DNA of 64,000 nucleotides from an uncultured Clostridia bacterium (GTDB lineage Bacteria; Bacillota; Clostridia; TANB77; CAG-508): NCBI GenBank assembly GCA_944393315.1, contig CALXZT010000001.1, positions 10,252 to 74,251 of the forward strand, read 5' to 3'. Shown piece by piece: positions 63,113 to 64,000 of this stretch (position 1 is its first letter; each line of letters starts with the position of its first letter). The notes under the pieces were generated by a model. It saw only the letters and a program-made list of their open reading frames with translations, ran no database searches and was not told where the DNA came from. The position numbers and the translations under genes were made by a program.

Positions 63113-64000
63113 CAGAATAATTATTTAGATTAGGATATGTATAATCTTTTGAAGTATCTACTTTATAAAATCTTAAATCCACACTAGAAATAGCATCTAT
63201 TGATAATGTAATACTATTAATATAGCTTTTTCCATTAATCGTTTTTGTTGTAACATTAGTTGCCTTTTGATAGCTTTCACTTGTATTGTCTATTAAAATT
63301 TCACTTGGGTCAAATGTTATGGTAACTATACTAGAATAGCATTTGGCTTTGTCTGCTTCTGATAATGACAAATATGTATCAAAATCAATTTTTTGCCCAG
63401 TTGTAAAGTTGCTAAAGTTTTGTGCTACCACATAGTAAGACAATGTATTAGTAATTCTTAACTCTGCATAAGGGTTATTGGGTGAATCTGTTATATGATA
63501 TGTTAATTTTTCTTGACCCACTATTAATGTGAATCTTCCTTTTATTGTTTTAGCATAATTAGAATTGGTTGTTGCTTCTATTTCTACAACTACTTTATCT
63601 CCCGTATCTAATTGTGTATTTGGTGTTATTGTTAAATTAAAAAAGTCTGTATTTGTCTCTTTTGCGATTATACCTTTATCTTTGCTTAATTGACAAATAA
63701 CATTATCTGAACATGTATATGTTATGTTATACCCAATATCATATGTAGCAACTTCCAAGTTGTTTTTTCTACTATTCATATTAACTGTTATTGTATAGTC
63801 ATCAACTCCTGACCAATTTTCAATTTGAAATATAGTTTTTTCTTCTGATAGTTTATCACTATAAAAATAGAACTCTTTACTTCTCATAAAAAAGTCATTT
63901 ATGCTGTTTGTAACATATCTTCCAAAAACAGTAACAAAGGAAATTGCAAACAATAATATTGTGATAATAATTATTGTTTGCTTTTTTTTGTAGATTCGCT
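63090..64000 (-). CDS. secreted beta-rich protein with N-terminal TM/signal (partial; N-terminus beyond window end)
   Basis: The open frame continues upstream of the TTG at 63953 through KKKQTIIIITILLFAISFVTVFGRYV to the window edge without a stop. Confidence 0.45.
   Translation of the reverse strand, partial: RIYKKKQTIIIITILLFAISFVTVFGRYVTNSINDFFMRSKEFYFYSDKLSEEKTIFQIENWSGVDDYTITVNMNSRKNNLEVATYDIGYNITYTCSDNVICQLSKDKGIIAKETNTDFFNLTITPNTQLDTGDKVVVEIEATTNSNYAKTIKGRFTLIVGQEKLTYHITDSPNNPYAELRITNTLSYYVVAQNFSNFTTGQKIDFDTYLSLSEADKAKCYSSIVTITFDPSEILIDNTSESYQKATNVTTKTINGKSYINSITLSIDAISSVDLRFYKVDTSKDYTYPNLNNYSVVSVTTK

Overview
The window is very AT-rich (roughly 25-28% GC by eye) and looks like a spore-forming Firmicute of the Clostridia type, since it encodes SpoIVA and a CIRCE/HrcA heat-shock operon. 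Almost all genes lie on the minus strand. The first ~44 kb is ordinary chromosome: rimO-rng-pth, a cell-wall glycosylation trio, a cadC/HMA/cadA metal-resistance operon, a two-component system next to a GT2 synthase, mtgA, asnB, rlmN, hrcA-grpE-dnaK-dnaJ with tandem CIRCE elements, nth, metK behind a SAM-I riboswitch, an L,D-transpeptidase carrying an in-frame hexanucleotide repeat, asd-dapA and spoIVA. The last ~20 kb (44.4-64 kb) is the striking part: a dense, mostly co-oriented cluster with three archaeal-type SipW signal peptidases, one of them apparently catalytically dead. It also holds four paralogous secreted proteins with SipW-cognate, TasA/camelysin-like N-termini, a 2651-aa repeat-rich giant surface protein, a membrane-anchored McrB-like AAA+ ATPase and several uncharacterised cytoplasmic proteins. 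I read this as a candidate, apparently undescribed, TasA-like fibre or surface-appendage assembly system. Other points worth a second look are a recurring SD + 'MLEN' mini-ORF/palindrome element upstream of two genes that lack their own SD, a higher-GC islet carrying a RusA resolvase, a frameshifted M14 peptidase, and two N/T-rich secreted proteins with C-terminal anchors. No rRNA, tRNA, CRISPR array or transposase was recognised.
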